DNA of 64,000 nt, from NCBI GenBank assembly GCA_973895155.1, contig OZ316897.1, positions 23,473,455-23,537,454 on the forward strand, read 5' to 3'. The position numbers and the translations under genes were made by a program. The stretch's first letter is position 1, and each line of letters opens with the position of its first letter. The notes beneath the pieces are model-generated. The model searched no databases and was not told where the DNA came from. It saw only the letters and a program-made list of their open reading frames with translations. Source of the stretch: Marsupella aquatica. Lineage: Eukaryota > Plantae > Marchantiophyta. Below are positions 34,901 to 48,300 of the stretch, one piece after another.

Positions 34901-37462
34901 TCACCAGTAATCACCACAAGAACACATTCCATCTTTAAAATGATGGAACCGATTTGTATCCCTTGCAATAATCTCGCGTCCGGTCACCTTAGAGATATAC
35001 TTGGTTGCTGAGTGGCAATCTGAACACACACGAAGGTTCTTACTTACACGAATAGGTTCTCCCCAAGGTAGGTGCATAAGTCCGTAAGCAATAGCCAACT
35101 TCTCACTATGAGAGCAAAGGGCTAGCTCTTTATCCTCTTCACTGATATCATGCAATACAAGCTGGGTATCCGGAATGTAGCCTTCCGCCTTCAGTTTTTC
35201 ACTCAATTTATTCAGCTCAGTATAGATCGCCTCCGCTTCTGGGTGAGATGTATCCCCCGCCACAAATTCATGGATCTTATTATGAACTTCGATCCAGCTA
35301 CGTCCTGGCTCCTTCCGAACACCTCTCTCTTGCATCATAATGCGCACAGATGACACCTTCTCCCACTTCCCAGCTGCAGCATAGATATTGGAGAGCAGCA
35401 CATATGTAGAGGCCCTACCGGGTTCCAACTTGAAAAGCTCGTTAGCGGCCAGTTCACCCAGCTCCACGTTACCGTAAGTTCTACAAGCCCCAAGCAAGGC
35501 TGTCCAAGTTACATCATCTGGTTCGATCGGCATCTCACTGATCAACTGCTTTGCTTCTTCCACGTGTCCCGCCCGCCCAAGAATATCCACCATGAGGGTA
35601 TAGTGAAAAACAGTACGCTCGATACCATAATCTTGCGTCATAGCAGAAAAGATTCTACGGCCATCATCAACAAGGCCTCCATGAGAACAGGCTGACAACA
35701 CAGCTATGAATGACGTCTCGGTGGGCTTCACATGGTCTGCATTCATTTGTCTGAAAAGTTCCAGGGCTTCCTGCCCATATCCGTGTTGTGCAAGGCCACC
35801 GATCATTATGTTCCAAGTGACTACATCGCGTTTCTCCATTCTGTTAAAAACAAGTCGGGCGTCAGCTATACTGCCACTCTCTGCATACATGTGAACGAGT
35901 GCACTACCCACACGCAAATCCGACTCCAGTCCGGCTTTGCTAGCGTGGCCATGAACCTCCTTCACCCACTCCAAAGCCCCCGCACTTGCAGATGCATTCA
36001 GAATACTCGAATAAGTGAATGCATCTGGTTCACAGCCCTCCCGTCTCATTTGGAGAAACAACCGACATGCTTCATGCCCAGATCCATGTTGTGCAAGCCC
36101 TCCTATCATTACATTCCATGTGATTACATCGCGTTTCTCCATTCTGTCAAAGACCAGTCGGGCATCATCTATACTGCCAATCTTCGCATACATGTGAACG
36201 AGTGCATTGCCCACACGCAAATCTGACTCCAGTCCGGCTTTGCTAGCGTGGCCATGAACCTCCTTCACCCACTCCAAAGCCCCCGCACTTGCAGATGCAT
36301 TCAGAATACTCGCATAAGTGAATGCATCTGGTTCAAAGCCTTCCCGTCTCATTTGGAGAAACAACCGATATGCTTCATGCCCAGATCCATGTTGTGCAAG
36401 CCCTCCTATCATTACATTCCATGTGATTACATCGCGTTTCTCCATTCTGTTAAAAACCAGTCGGGCGTCACCTATCCTGCCACTCTCTGCATACATGTGA
36501 ACCAGCGCAGAGCCCACACGCAAATCTGACTCCAGTCCCGCTTTCCTAGCGTGGCCATGAACGTCCTTCACCCATGCCAAACCCCCATCACATGCGGATG
36601 CATTCAGGATGCTCGTATAGGTGATTGCATTTGGTTCGAAGCCATCCCGTCTCATTTGGAGAAATAGTCGATATGCTTCCACACCATCACCACGTTCTGC
36701 ACATGCTCCAATCATAACATTCCATGTAATGACATTTCGATTAGTCAACTTTTCAAAAACTTTCCTTGCCTCGGTGATGCACCCACATTTAGCGTACATC
36801 AGTACGAGAGCAGACCCTACACGCACGTCCGATTCAAAGCCGGCATGTCGAATACCCTGATGAATTTCTTTTCCCCAATTGAGAGCTAATGGGCTTGAAC
36901 ATGCATTCAGGATGCTCAGATACGTAATCTCATTCGGCTTCACGCCTTCTTGGCGCATTAGATTGAAAATTTCGAGTGCAGATTCAGCATGATCACTCCT
37001 AGCGTATCCCGCAATCATGCTGGTCCAAGTAATAACACATTTCTTCTGAATTTGATCAAAAACTCTACGTGCATCCGACAAACCTCCGCATTTGATATAC
37101 ACATTCAAAAGCGTGATTGCCACATATGGATTTTCGTGAATTCCACTCTCGATGATGCAATCATGAATTTGCTTGGCTCCTGAAAGGTCTTTCTGTTGCA
37201 AGCACATTTGCAGAACTTTAACATATGTGTACGAGTCTATAGCAATGCCTCGCTGTAGACGATCTTTCAACATAGCAATTGTTTGACCCGTGGTACCAGG
37301 ATGCATATGCCTACTGCCAATCCCTTTTGCAGTGACTTGAGACCGATCTCTCGTGCAATAACTAACATTAGATGGAAATCTGCAGTGAGTAACCAAATTC
37401 GCCCTTGCCTTAACCCACGCTGGGGTTGACCATCCATCCACCCAAAGTGCTAGTCTTGTCAA
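34901..37462 (-). CDS. PLS-class pentatricopeptide repeat protein with E/E+/DYW deaminase domain (organellar C-to-U editing factor); true start uncertain
   Basis: P-L-S repeats, PG box PGRSWIE, HSEKLA, CSDCH and terminal CSCGDYW in an uninterrupted ORF. Confidence 0.96.
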   Translation of the reverse strand: MTRLALWVDGWSTPAWVKARANLVTHCRFPSNVSYCTRDRSQVTAKGIGSRHMHPGTTGQTIAMLKDRLQRGIAIDSYTYVKVLQMCLQQKDLSGAKQIHDCIIESGIHENPYVAITLLNVYIKCGGLSDARRVFDQIQKKCVITWTSMIAGYARSDHAESALEIFNLMRQEGVKPNEITYLSILNACSSPLALNWGKEIHQGIRHAGFESDVRVGSALVLMYAKCGCITEARKVFEKLTNRNVITWNVMIGACAERGDGVEAYRLFLQMRRDGFEPNAITYTSILNASACDGGLAWVKDVHGHARKAGLESDLRVGSALVHMYAESGRIGDARLVFNRMEKRDVITWNVMIGGLAQHGSGHEAYRLFLQMRREGFEPDAFTYASILNASASAGALEWVKEVHGHASKAGLESDLRVGNALVHMYAKIGSIDDARLVFDRMEKRDVITWNVMIGGLAQHGSGHEACRLFLQMRREGCEPDAFTYSSILNASASAGALEWVKEVHGHASKAGLESDLRVGSALVHMYAESGSIADARLVFNRMEKRDVVTWNIMIGGLAQHGYGQEALELFRQMNADHVKPTETSFIAVLSACSHGGLVDDGRRIFSAMTQDYGIERTVFHYTLMVDILGRAGHVEEAKQLISEMPIEPDDVTWTALLGACRTYGNVELGELAANELFKLEPGRASTYVLLSNIYAAAGKWEKVSSVRIMMQERGVRKEPGRSWIEVHNKIHEFVAGDTSHPEAEAIYTELNKLSEKLKAEGYIPDTQLVLHDISEEDKELALCSHSEKLAIAYGLMHLPWGEPIRVSKNLRVCSDCHSATKYISKVTGREIIARDTNRFHHFKDGMCSCGDYW

Positions 37463-38253
37463 CTTCTGATTGAACTCAGGTGCTCTGGGCTTCCTCTGTC
37501 AGCACCACAACCCACGATCAGATCTGCTACCAGGATAAAATCCAGGAGATTCCACGAGGTGCAATGAATTTGTAGTTATTTCTTGACGACTATGTTTCCA
37601 GTGATCTTTCTACAATGAGTGTTCAGAAATGGATAGCAGACCGGTAAGCCTCTCGAGTTCTAGGGTGCATTCCTACCTCCGTCCAAAGATGTATTTTCTT
37701 GTCTCCCTTGCTCTGCTGTGATGTTTGGTACAGATAACTTGCAAAAGTTAAATGACTCCTTTCCAACTGAGAGTAACGGCTATCTGTCAACAAGGCAATG
37801 ATCTTAGAATAGAATATTGAAATAATTGTGAAAGGCATATCCGGGTATCAGCAAGCTCGTTCCTTCTCCCGTATTTCACTGTACCCACAGAAAGGACAGA
37901 GTCAAGAGCCTATCGAATTGGTACTAAAATACTTCAGCCAGAAGTCACATGTTATCCTTGGGTTGTGTACAGGACAGACTCTTAGGGCATCTTGACAGGC
38001 GTTCATTTGTAAGTTGCCTACACTGTCCTTTCTGCGCTATACACAAACCAGAATCTCAGGTTTCTGAAAAGAGACTACTTAGAAATAAAGCCTAGCCATC
38101 ATCTGTAGAATCCATCGTGATTAGACACAGATGACATGAACGTGAAAGCGCTTCCCTCCCTCTCCTACAATTCAGACATAAAGGCTATCCATCATTCTTG
38201 AACTTGGCTCTTATACAATCCGTGAAGAGACACATACGACACGAATGTAACAG

Positions 38254-38299
38254 CCTCCCCTCCCCTCCCCTCGCCCCCCCCCCCCCCCCCCACCCACCC
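38254..38299. repeat. Poly-C / C-rich tract
   Basis: CCTCCC repeats followed by a long C run. Confidence 0.8.
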
Positions 38300-40324
38300 T
38301 GTGCTTCTTAACACGAAAAAGGAATCAAACTTGAAGTTCAACTCAAGCCTTGATCACATAAGCCTCATAGCAGGAAATTCCCGCAACTATAAATGTCACA
38401 CCGTGATGCTGGAACAAGAGTTTCTGTTTAAAAGTAGGTACGCATAACGTTGAAATCGCTCTTCAGTCTCATTACCTGAAGGCCGTGTACAAGAACAATG
38501 GCGGATGCCAATACCAATCAAACCGGAAGATGAAGGATAAACTCTGCAAATCAAACGTCTTAGTTGAGAATGTATTCAAGGTCGTTTGGTCACATCAAAT
38601 CCAACAAAATGACATGCATACAAAATTAATCATACCTGGCTGAGGACTGTTGTCTAAAGCGCTCCATATCCAAAAGTTCCATCGAGTCAGCTCCGTTCCC
38701 GTGCCGGGAATACGGAGCTCAATGGTACAGTTTTGAGAAATACGATCTTACCTGTTTGACAAAGGTTCAAATCAGTCTAAGTAGTGCAATCTTGCAGAGC
38801 CCTCAAATTTCAAGTCTCATCTTTCCTTCCCATGGACTAAGGAAAGAATATTCATTACGCGAAGGCTCTGTTGGGGAAACCTTGCCCGGGCAGAGGAATC
38901 TCAGCTCAGCGTAACAGTTGGAGGAAGCCTAGAAGCATAGCAGTAGCGGTATCTTCTCCAGGATCAATTCCTCCTGCTGGACTCTTTTACGAATCATCCC
39001 AGCTTTGCCATCAAAACTTGAGAATCAAAACTACAAGTTTTGAGAAGAAAAAGTATGAGAAGATCATCCATCCAAACCCCAAAGCAACCCACCGTCATAC
39101 CTGCACATTGCCCTCTGAAAAACTATGGCGCGAGTGCTCTTGTTTATCGCCCTCCAGGAAAGAACCCTTTCCAACTGAAGTGTCCTGCATACCAAACGAA
39201 GAATTGACGACATTTCTTCAAAGACGAACTTGTGAACAAGTGTTATGCAGACCGTGTAAGTAGCAAATTGGGCAGGCTCGACAATTCGTTCAGAACAACA
39301 AGTTGAAGCAAGTGGCAACAAAATTGATCTAGATTGTAACGGGAAATCAGGAGACGGGCAGCAGGAGACGTCATGCAAGAAATGAGGAGGACTTGAACCA
39401 GGATGGACAGTATCCCGGGCTGAAAAAGAGATTCTGTCCCGCTTCCTTGGGCGCCCAGAGGTGAGAAGTATAGTTGCCCAGCAATCTAAGGTTGAAACGC
39501 AGAAGAACATCCAGTATAGCTAGGGCCTTACTAGGAATTCTCTGCCCAAAGGACATGACGAGAGGCTGTGTAAAAGTGGTAACGCGAACCCAACAGGGAT
39601 CACTGGATTCGTCAGCATGTAGCTACGCACAGCTCGATACCAACTCCCCGAGAAGCAAACTATAGCAATTCAGCAATCCGAAGCCACTACGACAAGTAAT
39701 TCTTAGCTGATTGTGAATTCTACAAGGATTGTTAGCTCATTAAATTAACTGCTGAACCACCATCCAATAATACATTCTTAATTTTGGTTTCTTTTATATT
39801 TTGGAGCATAATTCATATTTGGCGAGCCTTTACATGGTGGATTAAGGACTTCCTTGGTAGTCTGAGTGTCATTTTACTGAGTGTCATTTACTTTTCATCC
39901 CAAGTCATTCTTGGTGGGGGTCTCCGAGATTCTGAGATGGATGGACTCGGGTCATTTGGGGCAACAGTATTTGTACTCGGCGAGTGTCTCCGAATTGGTT
40001 TTGGTTCTCTTGTTGTTCACGTCCGCTTTTACCCATGGTTTCCTAGTCGTAGTGTCGTTACCTTTTGACCTTTAGTCGTACTCGGCGAGCCTCTCTGAGA
40101 TGGATTTGGGCCTCGTCGAGGATGGTAGATCTGTACGGACATTGTCGTTCTTTACAAACATGCAATCCGTACGGAATTTGATTGTATGAACATTGAAAAA
40201 TACTGCACGGTGAGGCTTTGCATGCACTTTTGGGTCCATCATTGTATTTCGGCGATGGTCTCTGACATCAGATGTGGGATAGAACCAATTTGGCTCCTTC
40301 ATTTGAAACGGAATACCTTTAATT

Positions 40325-40690
40325 TCATCTCGGAGAGGGTCTATGAGAGATACAGTGCATGTTGTAGCTAATCCTTTAAAACTGTTAAGAGGGTCGACAA
40401 GTTGTGTCGTCTGGCCAAAGTACGCCCACCACGTACTCCATCTCAGAGAGGGTCTCCAAGAGGCTGGGTCTCATCTGGCCCCGCATCTGGCGACCTTTTT
40501 GACCCAAGAAGCAGTCCAGGAGAATTGTTGTCTGGCCACTTGGGGCATCTCAAAGAGGGTCTCCGAGCGACTGGGTTGCAATCTCGCTTCCCTTTCCACC
40601 CGAGATGCAATTGACAATTTCTGTAGTCTGGCCGTTTGGACCACACCACTCCATCTCAGAGAGGGTCTCCGAGAGACTGGGTTGTGATCT
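40325..40690. repeat. Degenerate ~107-bp tandem repeat with a TCTCAGAGAGGGTCTCCGAGA quasi-palindrome core
   Basis: Core at ~40328, 40441, 40547 and 40654; related copies at ~40080 and 42613. Confidence 0.65.
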
Positions 40691-40763
40691 CACTTACATG
40701 GCATACTTTTCTAACGTGGAGTTCACTATGGTGTGGGACTTTTTTTCTACTTCTCATATTTCA

Positions 40764-40784
40764 CCCTAAACCCTAAACCCTAAA
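40764..40784 (+). repeat. Interstitial plant telomere repeat / telo-box (CCCTAAA x3)
   Basis: ACCCTAAACCCTAAACCCTAAA. Confidence 0.7.
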
Positions 40785-41832
40785 CTCCTCTTTACTAAAA
40801 CAAAACCCTAAACATAATTGGCTGCCTTTATCCAAGTCTCCTCCAACAATCCCTCCTTGATCTTCTCGACTCCATTGTGCCCTTCCCCCTTCTCTTAACC
40901 CCAATTTCCTCTTTTAGTAAAGCCACCCAAATTAATGATGACAAGTCTCAGTACGGCCCATACTCCATTGTCGGCGATGGTCTTCGAGAATGGTATAATT
41001 GTGGGCCACCATTTCCTCTTTGAGTTGAGGCACCGAGATGTTGACACGTCTTAGTAGGCCTCGGAATGAAATGACAGCAAGGGTCTCCTAGATTCGAACT
41101 CGTTTTGAGCTGTTGACTGAAAACCCTAATTGCACCCTAAACTAGTGGTCAGTACTCGCGTGAGCATTGCATACTTTCTTGTTTGAGCCGTTAACAACAT
41201 GTATGTATCCAAGTATAGTTAGGATCTCCCGTATCTATTGCATACTTTAGTGTTGTGCAGTACGTGCGGTACTTTATTCCTTGAAGCGGATGTCATTCCT
41301 TCCTTGTCACTCTTCCACGGTGTTCCATTAGGTTTGGCACGTGTCTGTCACTAATCCTCACTCTGCCTCACTCTTCTGCGCAATCCCTCACTCGTCCGCA
41401 ATCTCATCCGCGCTCTTCCTCAATCTTTGCATATTGGTCTGCGCAATCTCTCACTTCTCCGCGCTCTCATCCACATTGTTCCTGCTCTTCTTCAGTCTTC
41501 CCACTCACAGTGTACTCTCTTGTGTGACCCTACTATTGTGTCTACTGGATTGCGTTGGTGTTTTGAGGCAGTGAGCTAGTGGTAGCTTCTTTGTGAGCAT
41601 TTGCGTTGGTGATTCTCTCAGGTTTGATCTTGGCTCCCCCTTTGTCATGATATGTAAAATCCAGTTGTACATGAATCGAATGTGTGAAAGGCTGAACCCC
41701 GCATATCCTTGAAAATTGGCTCTCCCGGCAGGGCTCGCTGAGATCTTGTCAAGTTTATAGGTCGAGCTTACGTTAGAGCTATATTGCCGAGTAATAAGTA
41801 ACTCTTTCATTTCTCATGTAATCTTAGGTAAA

Positions 41833-42546
41833 ATGCCGACGAGGAAAGACTCGGCTGGAGCAAGACCTGTTGGCACCAAACTTCTCAGTAGAGTAAGAAA
41901 GCACAATCCAAGTCTCCTTTGCCAGTCACATCTCGATTGACACACTCACAGGGTGGTACCCTTATGGAGTCAGTCGACTCCAAGAGGAAGTTTGAGCCAA
42001 AGCAGATATCATTTGAGCCTATTGGAGTGGTGGAATTCATTTGGCTGATATTGCTGAGAAGGGAGCCTATGAGTCAATCGTCTCCAAGTATGAGACAAAG
42101 TTTAGTAAGGATCCGCCCCGGATCCCATTGTGTCGGCTCATGCCAATGGAGGCAATCAAGAATCTTCAGGATGAGTCTGTTGCAAAATTAAAGAAAGGTT
42201 TCAAAGAGAGCGGCTATGTTGTAAAGCTCAGCAAGTTCCACATCACTGACTTCAATGAAACCGGGGAAACGCAGACAGTGACAGATTTCAAGCCGTTTTG
42301 GGACCCTCTATGGACTAAGCTCAATGAATAGTTTGAGCAAGAGTGCGATGCATCAGAGGAGTTCAAAGTCCTTAAGGACAAGATGTTTTGGGTTTTTGAT
42401 GGAAAACATAGATACACAGTCTGGTCCATAGTTGCTTCTGAGTATCTGGATCAATTGCAATACCATCCGTGCGTCAGGTTCTCTCTTTTGAACGCTGGGA
42501 AGGACGGATTCAAGAAGGTTGAGCAAGCAATGCACGCTCTCAACTT
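41833..42546 (+). pseudogene. Second ParB-like domain copy (N-terminal exon)
   Basis: PPRIPLCRLMPM..KGFKESGY..WDPLW..KDKMFWVFDGKHR..YHP..MHALN, then GTAAG at the same position as the first copy's intron. Confidence 0.8.
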
Positions 42547-43036
42547 GTAAGTACTCTCATTCTTGTCTTTTTGGAATATGGTATTACCCATTTGTGTAAA
42601 CCTTGTGCGCCATCTCAGAGAGCCTCTCTGATATTGCCGTTATGAAAAGGCTCTTCAATGCTAGACCTTGGGGGTCTCACTCTAAGAGGGCTCTCATAAC
42701 ACGCTCGACATTTTTGGCTATTAAACACCCTAAAAAATAAGAAGAAAAATTTTTTTTTTAACTATTTTTCTACCCCTATCTTTTTCAAATATTATAAAAA
42801 TATTCCCCAAAATCATTTCTAAAACCCTATCTTCTCTTATAATTCTCAAAAATATTTTTAAAAAATCCTAATGTTCTTCTACATAAATTTAAAAGTATTC
42901 TAAGTCTCAACCTAATAAACAAACCCTGTACTTACTTTTGCGTGATGGGTAAAAAGTAAATAAGTGAGGACCCTGGGTGTTAGATCTAAGAGTATTGTTT
43001 GTCTTATATTCTCGAGGAGACCCACCCCGTGCGTCC

Positions 43037-43305
43037 GGAATGTTATACCCAAGCCCAAGGAGAAGGAATTCCAGAATGTTATACCCAAGCCCAAGGAGAA
43101 GGAATTTTTTTCCCGTTCCCTTTCTTTTAGTACAACTTTGTATAACATAAATTCCCATTACGACATTTTCCTTTTGAGCGTAGAGTGGGAGCCACAGCTC
43201 CACCCTTTCCCATTCTTTTAGTGTGCCTTTGGCGCAGAGTGGGAGCCATAGCTCCACCCTTTCCCATTCTTTCAGTGTCCCTTTGGTGTAGAGTAGGAGC
43301 CAAAT
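43037..43305. repeat. Tandem repeats (36 bp x2; ~57 bp x3) within an unclassified insertion at ~42660-44600
   Basis: AATGTTATACCCAAGCCCAAGGAGAAGGAATT occurs twice; GAGTGGGAGCCA..CTCCACCCTTTCCCATTCTT repeats follow. Confidence 0.7.
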
Positions 43306-44720
43306 ATTGGAACTGATCGAGTAATCCTACACACCTCTAAGGTTGAACTCAGGCAGGCTAATTTCATGGTGTGTCTGATTGGGATATCACGAAAAGCTAA
43401 AATCTCAATCCACAGGATGCATGCAGGCCTATTAAGATTCCTTAGTTAGAAAACCCCTCCCTAACTCTACTGCTTCCGGAATGACATACAAAGGCCCAAA
43501 AGAAATGAATTTTTTGCCTTTCCCAATCTTTCAGTTCTTTTAGTGCACCTTTGGCGTAGAGAAATCCAAAAGGATGAATAGGGCATGTCAAAGTGTTAAA
43601 GTCCAAAGAAATAAATCAAAGTGTTATGGGATGCGTATTTTGGTAGTCCATAGTGATTTTTTCTGGCTGTAATAGTATTTTATGACCTCATGAGCAATAA
43701 TTGAGTTGCATCTATGCTTTGACACTCCTTAATGGAATCTTGGAACGATGTAATCATGCACCTCAGAGCTTGAACTTAGGTGGGCTAACTTCATGGTGTG
43801 TACCTTTAGGATAAGGCAAAAAGATAAAATTTCAGCCGATTGGATCATCCTCATTCACCATAATTATACTTCCAATATTGGGTAGGTGTGCAACGTGGAG
43901 AACAATGCAATAATAATAAATGCATGTCATAAATCAATAACATTATTGAATGACAATAATTGCATTTTTCCTTCATAAATTATAGCATAGAATGACGACA
44001 ACATACAATGATGTGAGAACCCAATATGCTCAACCGTGTGCACCTTTGCTACTTTGGCATTATTTTCATGACCCACAATATATAATATGACGTTAGATAA
44101 GGGTGCTTGTTTTAGCTTAGGTCTCCTATCAACTGAAGCTTGCTCTTAAGTATAGCTTCTTTGTGGATGGCTATTTTGATTGCACACTCAGCTTGAGCTT
44201 AATTATCTTCAATCTGGCCTCTTGCTTGATCATGGGTCATCACCCACTAGCTTCAGTGCAGCCTTACCTCCCGCTTTACCTAGTGCCCATATCACCAAGC
44301 CCACCCTAATCTTTGGCCTCAAAGGGTGTTCTTTTCCTTACCAATGAAAACAAAAATATATCCAAATAAATTGACATGATATACCGTTTGAGGAGTATGT
44401 TGTCATTATTTATAAAATCTCCAAAACCTTGAAAGGGCTCTTTTATATACCCCAAATGATATAGGGTATAACCACTATGACAGCAAACAGTTACTCGTAA
44501 CAGCAAATGGGTGGTAAAAATTTTGGATTTTTTTTTGGATTTTTTTTTTAATTTGAAATTCTTTTGGGGGAAAAATATTAAATTTTTTTTGTGAGTCGAT
44601 TTTTTTTTGGCTAGCGCCCGGAGCTAGTAATAGTATCGCCTTACACTAGCAAAACATTGTCATGTTTTAAATTATTTTGAAAATTGTGACTTTAATGACA
44701 CATTTTTAGATTGTATAGTT

Positions 44721-44777
44721 TGCTCGTAACAGTAAATTTTTGCTCGTAACAGGAAAATTTTTGCTCGTAACAGTAGA
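44721..44777. repeat. 20-21 bp tandem repeat TGCTCGTAACAG(T/G)AAATTTT x3
   Basis: Seen directly. The reverse complement resembles 33232-33253 and 33610-33632. Confidence 0.75.
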
Positions 44778-44819
44778 TCTTTTTGCTATTTGCTGTCACA
44801 ATGAAAACCCTCAGTCAAG

Positions 44820-45216
44820 TTACATCGAAGGTTAGGGTCCCAAAAGATCTAAGTTCAGGCCTTTGTCTGCAACCGAGGACCCTTCAATCACAAACCTCAT
44901 TGGACCGCAGAGTCTGAAGAAGGATCTTGTTTCTGAAGTTGCATTTGCTGGGAATGCAAGACTGCTGGTCGGCTTCATGCAGTCTGTCCTAGAGTTAATT
45001 TCTTGTCCGGGAGCTATTATTATGGACTTGACGGTTGGGTCAGGAAGTACATTTGTGGTTGGGGATTTTTGTGGTCGTTTCATTCTTGGGATTGAGAATC
45101 GCAAGGAATTTGTTTCTATTGCTGAGAGGACATACACTGACTTGCTTCTCCCAAAAGAAACAAGTGAGGCTGGTCCAAGCAAAGACGTGGGGAAAAAAGT
45201 GAAAGATAAAGTTTGA
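44820..45216 (+). pseudogene. Second N4/N6 DNA methyltransferase-like C-terminal fragment
   Basis: FMQSVLELISCPGAIIMDLTVGSGSTFVVGDFCGRFILGIE matches the PGDxVLDPFxGSGSTxxAAxxxGRxFIGIE motif I pattern. Confidence 0.8.
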
Positions 45217-45383
45217 TCTGTTCTGAATTTTGATTCTAGAGAAGTTGATGGAGCTGATGAGGAGGGTGGTACTGATGTACATAATGAAGATGGGAAAAGG
45301 GATGGGGAGAATTCAGAAGGAGAAACGGAAGATTCAGATTCTTCTGAGTAATGCTCGTAAGCTCCTTTACATTACTTTACTTT

Positions 45384-48300
45384 TGTTGTAACCCATAGGT
45401 TAGGTCAACATCCAACCCTAGTTAGGATATTAAGGTAGTTACTATAACTACCACTACATCTATACCTAGGGAGGTGTTAGTAAACCCCCATGAATGGATG
45501 AACCTTGATTGTTGGTGTACTTGACATTCTCTCTCCTAAGAATTATCTCCACCTCTCAACACGTTATCAGCACGTAGCTCTCCATGAGCAACTTTCTTTG
45601 AGAAAAAAGACCACATTTACATTAAATGTTCATAGATTTGACACATTTATTTCACGGTAGGAGGAGAATACGTTGAAAAATAGATTTCTCGTTCTTTTGT
45701 TGTGTTGCCCATTCTACTGCCCATTGTTGTGTTGCCCATTGTTGCAAGGCTATAGACAATTGGGAAATTCTCTTCAAGGAAATGCAAACAAGGGCCAGCC
45801 GAAGAATGAATTTTGGAACTCAAATTTGGCTCAATGAGGAGTTAGGAAATAAGACATAATTGATTAGGTGTGCCCAAAGAGAGAATATGAGGAGAAAGAA
45901 CGTTGATGATTGACAATTCTTCCCCCCAACCAAATCCTTTGATGCCCTTCGCTCGACTGTGACGGACGCACAGAGCAATGCTATGCAAACTTGGAACTAT
46001 CAGTCAAATCTTCTTGGTGACATTGATATCAACGATATGTGGACCACACAATTCAAATTGATACCTTGGGAGACCCTAAACAGACCTGCACCACGCAGAG
46101 TATCAAATGGATAACAGTTATAACATATTCAATGGTTCACAAATACGCTCTCCAAGCTACCTTCGAGATTTGAACCTCTTTGTCAACCATCAAGGTGATT
46201 GAAGCACTTACAACCTGAGATTGAAGCATAAGGGCTTGAGTGCGATAGTAACAGCAAAGGCATTGGGGGAACAAAATTAGGGAGGAGTTCTTTTATTGTA
46301 ATTTGATTGAGAAGGGCTGCAGCACATGTGACTCGCTACTGCCTCCCAGAAGCAGAATATACTTTGGTCAGTAGAGAGAGACGCGACCCTGCAGAACTTG
46401 CTGCTGCCATTGCTTAACTCAAGTTTTTCGCCAAAGAAGATATAACAATCCAGAAATCAGACACAAGCGGAGACAGGGAACAGATTGACCTCATTCAATT
46501 TGCAAAGTTGAAGGGTCCTAGTGGATGCAACACTGGACGATAGCCTTCCGCCCTGCCCAAGCTCGCTCAAGAACCAATCTATAAATCATCAAATTAGAGG
46601 AGAATTTTCCCCTATGGACCCTCAATAGGTGCCCCAACTGGTTACCAGGATTTCAAAGTACGAGACGTAAGGACTAAAGGAGGAAACTGACACACAAGAT
46701 AGAGTGAACAACATCAAATTGGATAAGGTGGTGTATTGATGTGATAAGGACCGGTTTCTCCAAAAGCAGAAAGTGACCCGACCAATAGAGAGAAGATTTC
46801 AAATCAAAGACAAAAATGCACATTAAATACAAAGGCCGCATTTGACGCAAGGAACAAGAGAGGAACAAGCGGTTGCGCCCCATTTGCCCCAATTCACAAA
46901 GGAAAGTCATTTCCCATCATTGCAACATAGAACAAAGAATTTTGTCACTCCAAAAACAAAATTGCAATTGCATAATTAAGCCCTTAATTGGGTCATCAAA
47001 ATAAATGAATGGGTGGTAATTAACCACTAATCAAATGGGAAAACAAAAATCTACCCCACTACCCTATAAATCAAAATGTAACATTTCATAAATTTGAGAT
47101 TGGAACTTTATTTCACAGTTCAATGCGTTGAAATAGGAAAGGGGTAAACAAAAATGGCCTAAAATGAACACGAGCATTTAATTTTTTTCCTCAATGATGA
47201 GAAACAAATGAATGCTAATTCACAATTAGTTGGTTTCCAGGTATACCATATATCAAGAAGTAAAATGTGGACCAATACACGATTGAAGTATAAGTTGCTT
47301 GAATGGTATAAATTCATACTTATTAAAAAGAGCAAATGTTTGGAACAAAATATGAAAGATGTATAAGAAGGAACAAACATGACATGGAAGGATTGTCTGT
47401 TTGCTTGATTGACATAATTTACTACAATGAAAACTCCCTAGACCTCGATTCGAGGGGGAGAAATAATGTATTGCAATCACATAGCCATTAAGGCATTCAA
47501 ATACGAACTGACAATATTAATTACTAATACAAAGTATAGGTAGAGGTTCACCCCCTATATCTAGTGGGGATAGTTGTTAAGCTTACCATGGAGGATATAG
47601 GGGCCAACCTCATATAAGATATATATATATATAAGGTATTTAGACATGACTTAAATTTTGGAATTCCAAGAATAACGTGACACCTAGTCATGGGTGACGA
47701 ATGCGCATAAAAATGAGAATTTGAGATTTGAGGGGGAGAGAAGTACACCCTCCTCGTACGCATACATTGGATTATTTGAACTCCATTTTGCAAATGATAT
47801 CAAATGAGGAAGTGCCTTTAGCACATGCTTTGAAATTAACTGCACAAGTGCTCTGAGCACATGAAATACCAATGATGACCAATCATGAAAAATACTTTGT
47901 AAAAACAAATAAGATAATTGGAGAGAAGAGAAATTCTCCTTGAGATTTGCAAAGCCTTTGATGGAAGTGTGTGAAAATCCCTAATGTTCACCACCATGGC
48001 TTTGCCAATACTACTTATGAACATGATATGTATATATGTTGGCCAACGATTTATGTCACATGGGAAAAATGATTTCCACATATATGGATCCAAAAGGGAA
48101 ACTGAAGGCAATGGAATACCACCAAAAATGATGGAAGACTAACTTATGCAAGTTGGTTGCAGAAATGGCACATTTGATGATAAACACCATGAAGGAAAAC
48201 TTGAGATCTAATGAAGAACACAAATGAAGACTCCCGTGTGAAGGAAGAATGTGGGACCAATCAGAAATGAAAACCCAAGATTTGTCTCTTCATGCTTCAA

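Noticed and set aside
38900-38985. Nudix-like peptide PAGGIDPGED on the minus strand upstream of the PPR gene
   Set aside because: It lacks the RELxEE half of the Nudix box and is flanked by stops. The region has several GT donors and may be 5' UTR exons, but no gene can be supported.
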